DNA from: a virus
Virus record (IMG/VR): IMGVR_UViG_3300044639_001144
DNA length: 64,000 nt
Direction: 5' to 3' (one strand)
A program made the position numbers and the translations under genes. How positions within the stretch are numbered: position 1 is the stretch's first letter; the number at the start of each line of letters is the position of its first letter. Shown in pieces: positions 1 through 8,997 of the stretch. The notes under the pieces are model-generated. The model ran no database searches and had not been told where the DNA came from. It saw only the letters and a list, made by a program, of their open reading frames with translations.

Positions 1-83
1 GTGATTGGTATTCCGCTAGCCAGTGCTTGATTGTATTCATCAGTTCGGGCCTGAATTTCTTCCGGTGTCATGTTTTGTGGCAT
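1..83 (-). CDS. 5' end of a late gene running off the left edge (MPQNMTPEEIQARTDEYNQALASGIPI...), probably a tail protein
   Basis: ATG at 83 with an open frame to position 1. A perfect TATAAATA lies 6 nt upstream. Not in the ORF track. Confidence 0.6.
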   Translation of the reverse strand, partial: MPQNMTPEEIQARTDEYNQALASGIPI

Positions 84-89
84 AACTAA

Positions 90-97
90 TATTTATA
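90..97 (-). promoter_or_regulatory. T4-type late promoter TATAAATA
   Basis: tatttata at 90-97 on + reads TATAAATA on -. A gp55-like sigma factor is encoded in the window. Confidence 0.7.
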
Positions 98-110
98 CAA
101 GGAAAAAACC

Positions 111-941
111 ATGAATCCATTGACTCAATATTTTAGACAACCTTCAATTTATATTAAATTGCCTAGCCAAGGCAATTACTACCCTGCGGGAGCTATCGAA
201 ATGCCACAAAATGGCGAGCTTCCTGTATTGCCCATGACGGCAATAGATGAAATTACATATCGTACACCTGATGCATTATTCAGTGGACAAGCAGTTATTA
301 ATGTTATACAAAGCTGTATTCCCGCTATCAAAGATGCATGGGCAATCCCATCAATTGATATTGATACCATATTAGTAGCTATACGTATTGCCAGCTACGG
401 TCATGAAATGACTTTTGCCACAGTTTGCCCACATTGCCAAAATGATGACGAATATGCTGTTGATTTACGTACTGTACTTGAGCAAATGAAAACCCCTGAT
501 TATTCAGATCCAGTTAAACAAGGCGATATCGAAATTTACTTTAGACCAATGACTTATAAAAATTTGTCTGATAACAATAAAATTCAATTTGACGAACAAC
601 GTATTTTTCAATCGTTGCCTGATGACAAAGCCGTAGATAATGTTCAATTATCAGCTATGTCAGCAGCATTACAGCGCATGACTGAGATGACTGTATCTGC
701 ACTAAGTCAAAGTATTTTAACCATTAAAACTCCTAGCGCCATGGTTACAGAACAAGAATATATTAGCGAATTTATGAAAAATTGTGATAGTGGATTGTTC
801 AATCGTATTCAAACTTATGTAGTCGATCATAAATCTGAAGCAGAGATGAAACCTATTACAATTAAATGTAATAAATGTCAAACTAATTACTTACAATCTA
901 TTACGTTGGATATGTCGAATTTTTTCGAGCGCGCCTCCTAA
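111..941 (+). CDS. T4 gp26-like baseplate hub / tail assembly protein
   Basis: N-terminal IKLPS-G-YY and PMTAIDE motifs, IRIASYG, two CxxC pairs (CPHC, CNKC) and a C-terminal NFF typical of the gp26 family. Confidence 0.75.
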   Translation: MNPLTQYFRQPSIYIKLPSQGNYYPAGAIEMPQNGELPVLPMTAIDEITYRTPDALFSGQAVINVIQSCIPAIKDAWAIPSIDIDTILVAIRIASYGHEMTFATVCPHCQNDDEYAVDLRTVLEQMKTPDYSDPVKQGDIEIYFRPMTYKNLSDNNKIQFDEQRIFQSLPDDKAVDNVQLSAMSAALQRMTEMTVSALSQSILTIKTPSAMVTEQEYISEFMKNCDSGLFNRIQTYVVDHKSEAEMKPITIKCNKCQTNYLQSITLDMSNFFERAS

Positions 942-979
942 TATTAGATCCTGAACGTGTTGCTACTTACATAGACAAC

Positions 980-1156
980 ATGGATAAAGAGATCAATGAT
1001 ATTAGACTTGAGGCGTTACGTATGTCTTGGTACATGAGAGGGGGATTACCTTATGATCAAGCCTTACAACTCAGTGTCGCTGAAAGAAAAATAATCAGTG
1101 ATATCATCAAAGATAATATGGAGACAACTAAGAAAAGTGGTTTGCCTTTCTTTTAA
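980..1156 (+). CDS. T4 gp51-like baseplate hub assembly protein, 58 aa (MDKEINDIRLEALRMSWYMRGG...GLPFF)
   Basis: Translated by hand; below the ORF-track cutoff. It follows the gp26-like gene as in T4-like phages. Its frame is open back to the slippery site at 920-926. Confidence 0.7.
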   Translation: MDKEINDIRLEALRMSWYMRGGLPYDQALQLSVAERKIISDIIKDNMETTKKSGLPFF

Positions 1157-1224
1157 GTTTTTTGTTTTTTCCATGACCCTCCTTAAGGTTCTGAATGATT
1201 ACTTTATATTTCTTTTTGATTTAA

Positions 1225-1725
1225 CAGATTAGCTGCGCTAATCCAAGACTCGCATACTGCTCGTCTTATTGTTTTAAGTAGTTGCTTTTAAATACTATTC
1301 GTCTAGAACTAATGTCATAATTCACCGTAAGCACGGTGAAAAAAATGACCTCTTCGTCTGAGTCCGCAGTCATTTATTATAAAGAGATTGTGCTTTCACA
1401 CTCGGAGGCGGTTGACCTGTACCCCCTACTCTAGCTTCACATATCAACGGAACCCTAGTAACCCCATAATAAATCAAAGTCCTATAAGCATGGGTCGTAT
1501 CTTTTTCACGTTGCCCAAACCATTTGTTGCCTTAAGTTGGCTTTTGCCTTTGACACCCGAGTAGGCTTGCGCCTCTTCTATCCGAATTGGGTTTCTCACC
1601 AATCCTCAACGGGGATCGAGCAGCCTCGATCAAACGCTGTCAGTGTGATGCCTCCCAGAGTTTCACTGGTTCTGACTAATAGTGTCGGGCTTCCCCTAAC
1701 TTAGTCTGTCGATGCCTATCTAAGA
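1225..1725 (-). ncRNA. Putative large structured non-coding RNA (~500 nt), family unassigned
   Basis: No ORF of 60 aa or more. GC is ~48% by hand count over 1381-1680 in an otherwise AT-rich genome. Many hairpins; GNRA loops (GCAA, GAAA) read only on the minus strand. Long-range helix 1372-1380/1466-1474. Confidence 0.7.
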
Positions 1726-1729
1726 TGAT

Positions 1730-2158
1730 TTAAATTTTGTTTTTGATGTGACTACCATGTATACGGCAAACTATTTGTCCGTTATAGTAATCGTCACTTT
1801 CTAATACACGATGCTTAAATTGTTCACGGGCTTCAATATAACTGCATTCCGATTTGGTGTTGCAATAATATAATATTTGCCTAGTGAAATTTTCGATGCC
1901 TAACTGTTCGATGTCTTTATTTAATTCTATGCTGCTGCCGGTGTACTGTTGCCAGTCTGATTCCACTTTACTTTTGATTCTCTTACGTTTTTTGGTGCCG
2001 TTCTTAAGTTTTACTATTTTATATGTTGTTTTACTAAATTTTGATAGTTTTTTTCCGATATATTTTCTGCCGGATATGTTGTTTGTAATGCAATAAACAA
2101 ATCCAGCACAATCTTCCGGTAGTATTTCAACATGAGTGTTTTCAAAAAGCCATGACAT
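1730..2158 (-). CDS. Small GIY-YIG endonuclease (T4 EndoII/Seg-like)
   Basis: GFVYCITN...RKYIGKK motif, Y-x-GSS, conserved E (YIEAREQF) and YYNG. No long DNA-binding tail. Confidence 0.85.
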   Translation of the reverse strand: MSWLFENTHVEILPEDCAGFVYCITNNISGRKYIGKKLSKFSKTTYKIVKLKNGTKKRKRIKSKVESDWQQYTGSSIELNKDIEQLGIENFTRQILYYCNTKSECSYIEAREQFKHRVLESDDYYNGQIVCRIHGSHIKNKI

Positions 2159-2194
2159 GTACTAGTTAGTGTCTTTTTGATAGTGCTCATATTT

Positions 2195-3958
2195 TTATGC
2201 TACCTCTACATCTGTATTATAACTGGTAAATCCGCCATCCTTGATTACTTTGAGTATATTTTCTACTCTTCCGGCTAACTCGTCTCTATGACTTACTAAC
2301 CAAATTGATTTTTGTCGCTCACGTGACATTTGTTTTAATAATCCCAACGCTGATTCCACACCTTGTGTGTCAAGCCCGTTGTCAATCATTTCATCAATGA
2401 ATAATACATTGATGGGAGTATATAAGGATTCAAACACATCTCTAAATGCCCATGCCATACTTAAAATAAGTCGATTACGCTCGCCTCTTGACAGATTATC
2501 AAAGTCAAGTTCACGTCCTAGCTCTTCGATACTAACCGAAAGATCATTTTGAAATACAACAGTATGTGGTAATCCAATACGATCTAAGTAATGTGTTAGT
2601 CTTGTGTTAAGATATGATAAGTTTTGTTCAATAATCTTCTTGCGTATGAAACTATCCTTACTGGTGAGTAATTTTAATAAAAATTCTTGATGTTCTTGTA
2701 AACGTGTTAAGTCGTTTAACCCATCGTAAGTAACCTCTGCTAATGCTTGTTCAGTCATTTCAGTAATCTGTTCAGCATAAGGATCAATTTCAGTACTTTT
2801 ATTTTCTAATTGAGCTTGCAAGCCAGCAATCGTAGCACGATGCTGTATGGCGTCTTCTTCTTTATCGTAAAACATCTTAGGTGGTTTACCTAAAACTCCC
2901 AACGATTTTTGCATTGACTCTAATTCCGACAACAACTCACTGTATTCTTTATTTGATACTTGTGAAGTTGTTAATTCTTTTTGTTTTGTCTCCAACACCT
3001 GTTTGTGTTTACTATCATGGAACGGTTGTCCACACGAATGGCACTCATGATTATCAAGCGTTTTAATCTCAGCTAACAGCCGATTGATTATTTTTTCTTC
3101 CCTGCTAATATCTAATTTAACTCTACTGATTTGTGTAGTTAGCTCATTGATATCTTTACGTTTTTGATCCCATGCTGTGTGATCTTTGTGTGCTTGTATT
3201 TCTAAATCGATATCAATTTCCTGGAGCGAAGCCAATGCTACTTCAAGTTTTGAAATATCGTCGGTGTTTTTAGTAGTCCAAAGTGTTTGTCTACGTTTTA
3301 GCGATTCAATTTGCTCTAAAATCCTTTTATTAGCATCTTGTACGGCACGTATTCTAAATTCTTCTGCTTGTATAGCATCTTTTGTAGTGCGATTTAGCTC
3401 TTTAATCTTATCAGCACGTTCACTAAGCATAGTAATGCCCAGTAATTGTTCAATGATTGTACGTTGATCATTGGCTTTTAATGATAAAAACGGTTCGGTA
3501 TAAGTGTTAAGTGCCATAATATGTTTAAACATATCGTGACTCATACCTAGCATGTCTTCGATTGCTGTTTGAGTTTCTCTACTATCGCCTTGTGCATTAT
3601 CTTCGGCTTCAGTTTCTTTGTTATTGACATAAAACTTTAGCAAATTAGGCTTACGTCCACGCTCAATACGATATTGTTGATCACTGATGACAAAATCCAG
3701 TGATACAATCATATTCTTGCCGTTAGTTTTGTTAACAAGATTATCTCGCCGTATATTACTAAGTGCTACTCCATACAACGCATATGAAAGTGCATTAATA
3801 ATAGTAGTCTTGCCAGTGCCGTTTCTACTGCCATCACCGCCTAAGTCTAAGTTTTCGCCTAATACTAATGTTAAATCACGTCGATCAAAGTTAATAGCCT
3901 GGGTAGCATTGCCTACACTCATGAAATTCTTTACAGTTAAATTCTTAATCTGGATCAT
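2195..3958 (-). CDS. Recombination endonuclease ATPase subunit (T4 gp46 / SbcC / Rad50-like)
   Basis: KNFMS, Walker A NGTGKTT, coiled coil with CHSC zinc hook, signature LSRGE, Walker B LFIDE and SH motif. Confidence 0.95.
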   Translation of the reverse strand: MIQIKNLTVKNFMSVGNATQAINFDRRDLTLVLGENLDLGGDGSRNGTGKTTIINALSYALYGVALSNIRRDNLVNKTNGKNMIVSLDFVISDQQYRIERGRKPNLLKFYVNNKETEAEDNAQGDSRETQTAIEDMLGMSHDMFKHIMALNTYTEPFLSLKANDQRTIIEQLLGITMLSERADKIKELNRTTKDAIQAEEFRIRAVQDANKRILEQIESLKRRQTLWTTKNTDDISKLEVALASLQEIDIDLEIQAHKDHTAWDQKRKDINELTTQISRVKLDISREEKIINRLLAEIKTLDNHECHSCGQPFHDSKHKQVLETKQKELTTSQVSNKEYSELLSELESMQKSLGVLGKPPKMFYDKEEDAIQHRATIAGLQAQLENKSTEIDPYAEQITEMTEQALAEVTYDGLNDLTRLQEHQEFLLKLLTSKDSFIRKKIIEQNLSYLNTRLTHYLDRIGLPHTVVFQNDLSVSIEELGRELDFDNLSRGERNRLILSMAWAFRDVFESLYTPINVLFIDEMIDNGLDTQGVESALGLLKQMSRERQKSIWLVSHRDELAGRVENILKVIKDGGFTSYNTDVEVA

Positions 3959-4971
3959 AGGCTCTGGTAAATTTTTAATAACAACTTGGGATCATAGAAT
4001 TCTGATTCAATATTTGTAATTTGATCAGTAACAATTTGATCCACAGACTCAAACTTTATTTCACCTGGGGCTAAATCAGTATCAACTGAGTTAGTCTTAA
4101 CAGGGATCAACGCCATTTCGCGTAAATTGTAGTCTTTAATGAATGTTTCTTTAATAAATGTAGCTTCTTCATAACTAATGCCAATGTCTAGCTCAACACG
4201 CACAAGCATGTTAGGTTGGAAGATGTTTGCGCCATTATCAATTGCTTCACTTAGTTTTAGTACACGATATAATGGTTGTCCTGGCCAAGAAAAATACTTG
4301 TCTTCCATTCCCCATTCTTTAACCATCATGCCACGAGCACTATCTCCAGCATCAGCAAAGTTATGCGGAAAACAGTTACCTATGTAAGTAACATTTTCTT
4401 TCTTTTGTCTCAAGTGAAAGTGACCACTGTACACGCTTTCGAAGCCGTTAAAATGATCTACTTTGATTTCGCCATGATCAGGCATTTCTACCATAGCATT
4501 CATTTTAAAATGTGGTAGTTCAAAGTGACCAAACATATATTGTCCACTTAGTTTATGAATTTTTTTATGATCATCGCCTACTAGCCAAGGGGCAATAGTA
4601 ACATTGCCTTCAGTAAACCAATCGTTTACGATAATAATATTAGGAATGTGTTTAGCCCATTCGGCTCCGTGAATATCACGTTTATCACGATAATATAAAT
4701 CATGGTTGCCGGGAATGAAATAAAACTTATCAAATGCTTTTGATAATTTTTCCAATGCTCGTACACTAAATTGTAGTGTTTGTAAGTTGATTGAAGCACG
4801 ATGATTATGCCAATCGCCAAGAAAAAGACCGGTTTCGCAACCTTCTTCTTTAGCTTTGGCAATAAACCAATCAATAAATGCTTCACAATCACGATTATGT
4901 ACTAAACTATTGGATTTTAATCCCCAATGTATGTCAGTACATACCGCTGCCTTCTTGAATAAGTTAGTCAT
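3955..4971 (-). CDS. Recombination endonuclease nuclease subunit (T4 gp47 / SbcD / Mre11-like)
   Basis: Metallophosphoesterase motifs TDIHWG, LGDW, GNHD, GHF and SGHFH; adjacent to the gp46-like gene. Confidence 0.95.
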   Translation of the reverse strand: MTNLFKKAAVCTDIHWGLKSNSLVHNRDCEAFIDWFIAKAKEEGCETGLFLGDWHNHRASINLQTLQFSVRALEKLSKAFDKFYFIPGNHDLYYRDKRDIHGAEWAKHIPNIIIVNDWFTEGNVTIAPWLVGDDHKKIHKLSGQYMFGHFELPHFKMNAMVEMPDHGEIKVDHFNGFESVYSGHFHLRQKKENVTYIGNCFPHNFADAGDSARGMMVKEWGMEDKYFSWPGQPLYRVLKLSEAIDNGANIFQPNMLVRVELDIGISYEEATFIKETFIKDYNLREMALIPVKTNSVDTDLAPGEIKFESVDQIVTDQITNIESEFYDPKLLLKIYQSL

Positions 4972-4977
4972 AAGTCC

Positions 4978-5006
4978 AGTATAAACTATTGCTTAATACA
5001 ATACAA
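4978..5006 (-). promoter_or_regulatory. Sigma70-type promoter for gp47/gp46 (TTGTAT-17-TATACT)
   Basis: -35 at 5001-5006 and -10 at 4978-4983; the ATG follows 6 nt after the -10. Confidence 0.5.
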
Positions 5007-5015
5007 CTAAAACGG

Positions 5016-5939
5016 CTAATCCTGGTTGTATTCGTCAACCGGAATACTAATTACCGGGCCGTGAGCATGTGCTTCGCGCCTACCTGAGTTTTGTCTTGAC
5101 CAAGAAGGAGTTAATCCATGTTGTTCAAGCAAATCATCGCGTATATTTTGATTTTTCTTTTCAGAGTTTAGAATATGTGTAAACGAATTGGTAATGGCTG
5201 CTGTATAATAAGCAAATGGATTTTGTGATTTACTTTCATCAAATCTTAATCCAATTTGTGACAATTGAACTAACGCTGACCCGCGCATTTCTTCGTTATA
5301 TGTATACCCACGCCAATTTGAACGTGTAGCATAGCGATCACACAGCTTAATGAACATTGTTGCTAGGGTATGTGTCATAGTACCGTGATCTTTACAAAAC
5401 TCGCCTGTTTCTAAATCACCTTTCCAGTGGCTTTTGCCAACCAAATAAGGTTGTTTGTTTTCATCTAATCTGTAATGATAAAATGGAGGAAAAGGTAATC
5501 TAATATATTTGGTTGCAGCAGCATCAGGTTCGATGGGTAAAATTGCATCTAAAATTGCATCGTCGTCGATTAATTCAAGATCAAATATATCTTCAATTTT
5601 CTTCTTTTTAGTAGCACTCTTGGGTATTTTTTTAGGTGCCATGGGTATATGTTCCCATGAAGTTATACGAAATACTACATCAGTATTGGGTATTTTTTTA
5701 GGGTCAACAATTACTTTAGTTTCTTTTTTAATACGATCAGCACGATTGCGTCTGGCTTCTGCTACTGTACGTTGATTAATTTTACTTAAACTAGGCAAAA
5801 TCATATCATATTGATGATCGTTTGCTGGATCTAAATATGTACAATATGTATTTTTACTTAAATGTATTTGTTTTAACAGATCTCTATTATTGAGATAAAT
5901 GACTTTTTTTACTGGTGCTACTATGGGTTTTGTGGCCAC
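5016..5939 (-). CDS. Late-transcription sigma factor (T4 gp55-like) with a long N-terminal insertion
   Basis: YLNNRDLL, NWRGYTYNEEM and FDESKSQNPFAYYT...NSF...EKK motifs; adjacent to gp47 as in T4-like phages. Confidence 0.85.
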   Translation of the reverse strand: MATKPIVAPVKKVIYLNNRDLLKQIHLSKNTYCTYLDPANDHQYDMILPSLSKINQRTVAEARRNRADRIKKETKVIVDPKKIPNTDVVFRITSWEHIPMAPKKIPKSATKKKKIEDIFDLELIDDDAILDAILPIEPDAAATKYIRLPFPPFYHYRLDENKQPYLVGKSHWKGDLETGEFCKDHGTMTHTLATMFIKLCDRYATRSNWRGYTYNEEMRGSALVQLSQIGLRFDESKSQNPFAYYTAAITNSFTHILNSEKKNQNIRDDLLEQHGLTPSWSRQNSGRREAHAHGPVISIPVDEYNQD

Positions 5940-5959
5940 TAGTTATGTCTCCTAACTAA

Positions 5960-5992
5960 TATTTAGTATAACAGAAATCAATTAATTGTCAA
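5960..5992 (-). promoter_or_regulatory. Sigma70 promoter TTGACA-16-(TG)TATACT with an overlapping late box TAAATA, upstream of gp55
   Basis: tgtcaa at 5987-5992, agtata at 5965-5970, tattta at 5960-5965; AGGAG SD downstream. Confidence 0.65.
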
Positions 5993-6026
5993 CCTATTTG
6001 ACATAATATGGATACATTAATATACA

Positions 6027-6034
6027 CATAAATA
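6027..6034 (+). promoter_or_regulatory. Late promoter (CATAAATA) of the baseplate operon
   Basis: TAAATA core lies 19 nt before the ATG at 6054, followed by an AGGA SD. Confidence 0.55.
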
Positions 6035-6053
6035 TTAATATAGGAAAAATACA

Positions 6054-7337
6054 ATGGCAACAGCCTCGATACTACTAATAGGTGGACAACCGTGGACTCC
6101 CGGGTCACAGTTGACGTCTATTCAAATGACAGCAGTTTCTGTTGCGTTAGCGATGGGCAATACAGTTAATCCTGCGGTATTAGCACAGTTTTATGCACAA
6201 GGAGGGCAGGCACAACAACCCAATCCGTCGCCTACATCAGTAAATCCGGCAGTAGATCCAGCATCAACTAGAACTAATGCCAATACAAACAATGGTGGTC
6301 TTAGATCACGTGCAACTACATTGCCTCCTACAGTAAACCCAAAGGTAGATCCTGAAGCTGCTTCGGCATCAAATCGAGAATTTGTTAATAATGAGGGCGG
6401 CGCAGCTACTGGAATTCGTCCTAAACAAGTTACTAGAGAAACAATAGACGCTAAGAAACATTTTGAAGAAGTACAACCAGAAAGTCCTTTAGCGGGTGAA
6501 ATTCAATCAGGCATTGAAAATGCACAAAATCAACCGGCACAAACGGTAATATTAGGTAATGAAGCTAGTAATGGTGATTGGAGAGTTAGATTAAGTTTAG
6601 GACAAAATGCCAATTACCTTTATAATGATCCTCAGCCAGGAATATTGCAACCATTATTAGCTACTAACGGAGTTATATTTCCTTATACTCCAAAAATTGA
6701 CACATCCTATAAAACAAATTATTCACCCTACGATGTAACACATTCTAATTTTCGCGGTTATTATTATCAAAATAGTCAAGTGGGTGATATTAGTATTACA
6801 GCTCATTTTACAGCACAGAATACATTTGAAGCAAATTATTTGTTGGCAGTTATACATTTTTTCCGTTCTGCTGGCAAAATGTTTTATGGGCAAGATGCAC
6901 AACGCGGTACCCCTCCGCCATTGTTATTTTTAACAGGGTTAGGGCAATATCAATTCAATAAACATCCAGTGTTGCTTAGTAGTTTTACATATGGCTTGCC
7001 TGAAGATGTAGATTATATTCGTGCTCATGTTACTAATCAAATAGGAACTAATTTAACTCAACAAAATAACGTAAAAAAAAGCGTAGCAACATCATCAAAT
7101 GCAGCAGCCGGTGATAGATTAAGCAATGCTGGACTAGATAAAGGTGCATTACCAAATACTCCCTTTGGATCTGCTCCATCTACTCCTGAGTTGGCATCAG
7201 GGGCACCTACGTATGTACCAACTAAAATGGATATTACTATTACCTTATTGCCAGTCAATACTCGTCAACAAATCAGTAATCAATTTAGTCTTAAACAATT
7301 TGCCAATGGCAATTTACTCAGAGGAGGATTTTGGTAA
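6054..7337 (+). CDS. Baseplate / tail-tube initiator-like protein (gp48/gp54-like C-terminal domain)
   Basis: Low-complexity N-terminus, then a VIFPYTP...THSNF...FTAQN...KMFYG...PPP...LPEDVDYI domain. Sits before the gp53-like gene. Confidence 0.6.
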   Translation: MATASILLIGGQPWTPGSQLTSIQMTAVSVALAMGNTVNPAVLAQFYAQGGQAQQPNPSPTSVNPAVDPASTRTNANTNNGGLRSRATTLPPTVNPKVDPEAASASNREFVNNEGGAATGIRPKQVTRETIDAKKHFEEVQPESPLAGEIQSGIENAQNQPAQTVILGNEASNGDWRVRLSLGQNANYLYNDPQPGILQPLLATNGVIFPYTPKIDTSYKTNYSPYDVTHSNFRGYYYQNSQVGDISITAHFTAQNTFEANYLLAVIHFFRSAGKMFYGQDAQRGTPPPLLFLTGLGQYQFNKHPVLLSSFTYGLPEDVDYIRAHVTNQIGTNLTQQNNVKKSVATSSNAAAGDRLSNAGLDKGALPNTPFGSAPSTPELASGAPTYVPTKMDITITLLPVNTRQQISNQFSLKQFANGNLLRGGFW

Positions 7338-7639
7338 TGGCATCATCATACAATCAATCTAGTCCCTACTATGCAACAGGATATAGTCAATATTTCCTAG
7401 ATGTAATGATTAATAGACCTATTCCGAAATTAAATGATGATCAATATTTTGCAATAAATTTAACATATCAGTATCGTCCAGATTTATTAGCATACGATTT
7501 ATATGATAATAGCAATTTATGGTGGGTGTTTTATCAACGTAATCCAAATACATTGTCTAAACCTCCATTAGATTTTATATCAGGGACACAAATTTATCTC
7601 CCAAAAATTACTACTCTTCAATCAGTATTAGGATTATAA
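7337..7639 (+). CDS. Baseplate wedge protein, T4 gp53/LysM-like
   Basis: YRPDLLAYDLYDNSNLWWVF...G..IYLP motif. The ATG at 7337 overlaps the upstream stop (the track starts at 7331). Confidence 0.75.
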   Translation: MASSYNQSSPYYATGYSQYFLDVMINRPIPKLNDDQYFAINLTYQYRPDLLAYDLYDNSNLWWVFYQRNPNTLSKPPLDFISGTQIYLPKITTLQSVLGL

Positions 7640-7640
7640 A

Positions 7641-8987
7641 ATGTCAGCAACAAATGGTGGATTAAGATCTCGAAGAATAATTGTATCTTCTGTAGATACA
7701 GGGACATCTGCACCTAAACGTACCACAGAACAAACTCAAAGTACATCTACACAAACTCCAGCAGGGCCTAAGCCTTATGTACATCCAGTGGGATTTACTA
7801 CTAATGTTGAAAATGGCGCAGCATTTGGTGTGCCCAGCGCCACAGCTCGTGCTTTAAGACAAAATGAAAATCGTCTTGCTGTATCAGCAGATTCGGCAAT
7901 TACTACTATTGTACCAACACCAGCCACTCCAACCACACCCACTACTCCTACATCTGCTAATATTCCCATTATTTCACCACCTCCTACGGCGCCTACTAAT
8001 GTCGAATCAACTTCGATAGCAACAACAAAAGATGATAATCCTAATAACCCACCAAATTCAATACAGCAAGAGATATTAATTAACACAGGTACTCAGCCAG
8101 GGTTACCTATTCAGCCTCGACCTAACGTGCTAGATCAATTTGCTAGCTATACCTACAATCTTGCTTGGTACGGCCTTACTCCTGAACAATATAGCGCAGT
8201 AGTTTCTACATCAAGAATTAATGTAAATTCCTGGTCTTTATTAGTACAAAGTGGAGGTGCAGCACAACAGCAGCAAGGAGTGTCAAATCAGGGTGTTAAT
8301 TTTGGGCAAGATACTCCAATCAATGGGCCGTTGACCAAAATAGTTACTCCTAACCGCAACAAATATTTTACTCTTGATTATTTTTTAGATGATTTGACTA
8401 TAGAAACTTCGGTAACTGGAGTATCTGCTAGTCAATTTACCAAAATATCATTTAAAGTATCTGAGCCTAACGGTATAACATTAATTCCCAATCTTAATTA
8501 TGCCGGCAGGGAGTTTAACTCTAGTCCTCTCAATGCTGACTATTGTATGGTTGTGAAATTTTATGGCTGGGATATTAATGGAAATTTAATAACTGATCCA
8601 ACAAGAACTACAGGTACTCCAGGGGCAACTCCAAGTATTTCAAATGCAATTCTTACAAGGTATTACCCATTTACAATAATTGATGTAACATTTAAAATAG
8701 ACGGAAAAAATATCATATATGAAGTGACGGGTCAGCCAAAAAATTATGCTAAAGCAGCATCAACTAGTCTTGGTAGTATACCGGCTAATTTTGAACTTAG
8801 TGGAGAAACGGTAAGTCAAGTATTGTCTGCAAGTCAGAATAGTGTCACATCTGCTCTTAACTCTTTAATTTCAGCTGCATCAGGCGGCAGAGAAAATACA
8901 AATTCTTCATCGCCTCCAACTAGCCAAACGGGAGAATCTACGAAAGCAGATTCTATGTCGTTTGATATTTCTAATAATATAATGTAA
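7641..8987 (+). CDS. Baseplate hub / tail protein, N-terminal part (gp27/VgrG-hub position)
   Basis: Pro/Thr-rich N-terminus, then PNVLDQFASYTY and FKVSEPNGITLI. Located between the gp53-like and gp5-like genes. Confidence 0.5.
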   Translation: MSATNGGLRSRRIIVSSVDTGTSAPKRTTEQTQSTSTQTPAGPKPYVHPVGFTTNVENGAAFGVPSATARALRQNENRLAVSADSAITTIVPTPATPTTPTTPTSANIPIISPPPTAPTNVESTSIATTKDDNPNNPPNSIQQEILINTGTQPGLPIQPRPNVLDQFASYTYNLAWYGLTPEQYSAVVSTSRINVNSWSLLVQSGGAAQQQQGVSNQGVNFGQDTPINGPLTKIVTPNRNKYFTLDYFLDDLTIETSVTGVSASQFTKISFKVSEPNGITLIPNLNYAGREFNSSPLNADYCMVVKFYGWDINGNLITDPTRTTGTPGATPSISNAILTRYYPFTIIDVTFKIDGKNIIYEVTGQPKNYAKAASTSLGSIPANFELSGETVSQVLSASQNSVTSALNSLISAASGGRENTNSSSPPTSQTGESTKADSMSFDISNNIM

Positions 8988-8997
8988 GGGAGTTAAC

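Noticed and set aside
1064-1185. Minus-strand 36-aa ORF (MEKTKNLKER...) preceded by TAAGGAGG
   Set aside because: SD-ATG spacing is only ~3 nt and the ORF is antisense to the gp51-like gene; no supporting features.
1157-1730. tmRNA, RNase P RNA, tRNA, group I intron or hammerhead identity for the structured region
   Set aside because: No T-arm/CCA end, no GAGGAAAGUCC, no interrupted gene or recognisable P7 elements, and CAGACGA does not match the CUGANGA core. Left unassigned pending cmscan.
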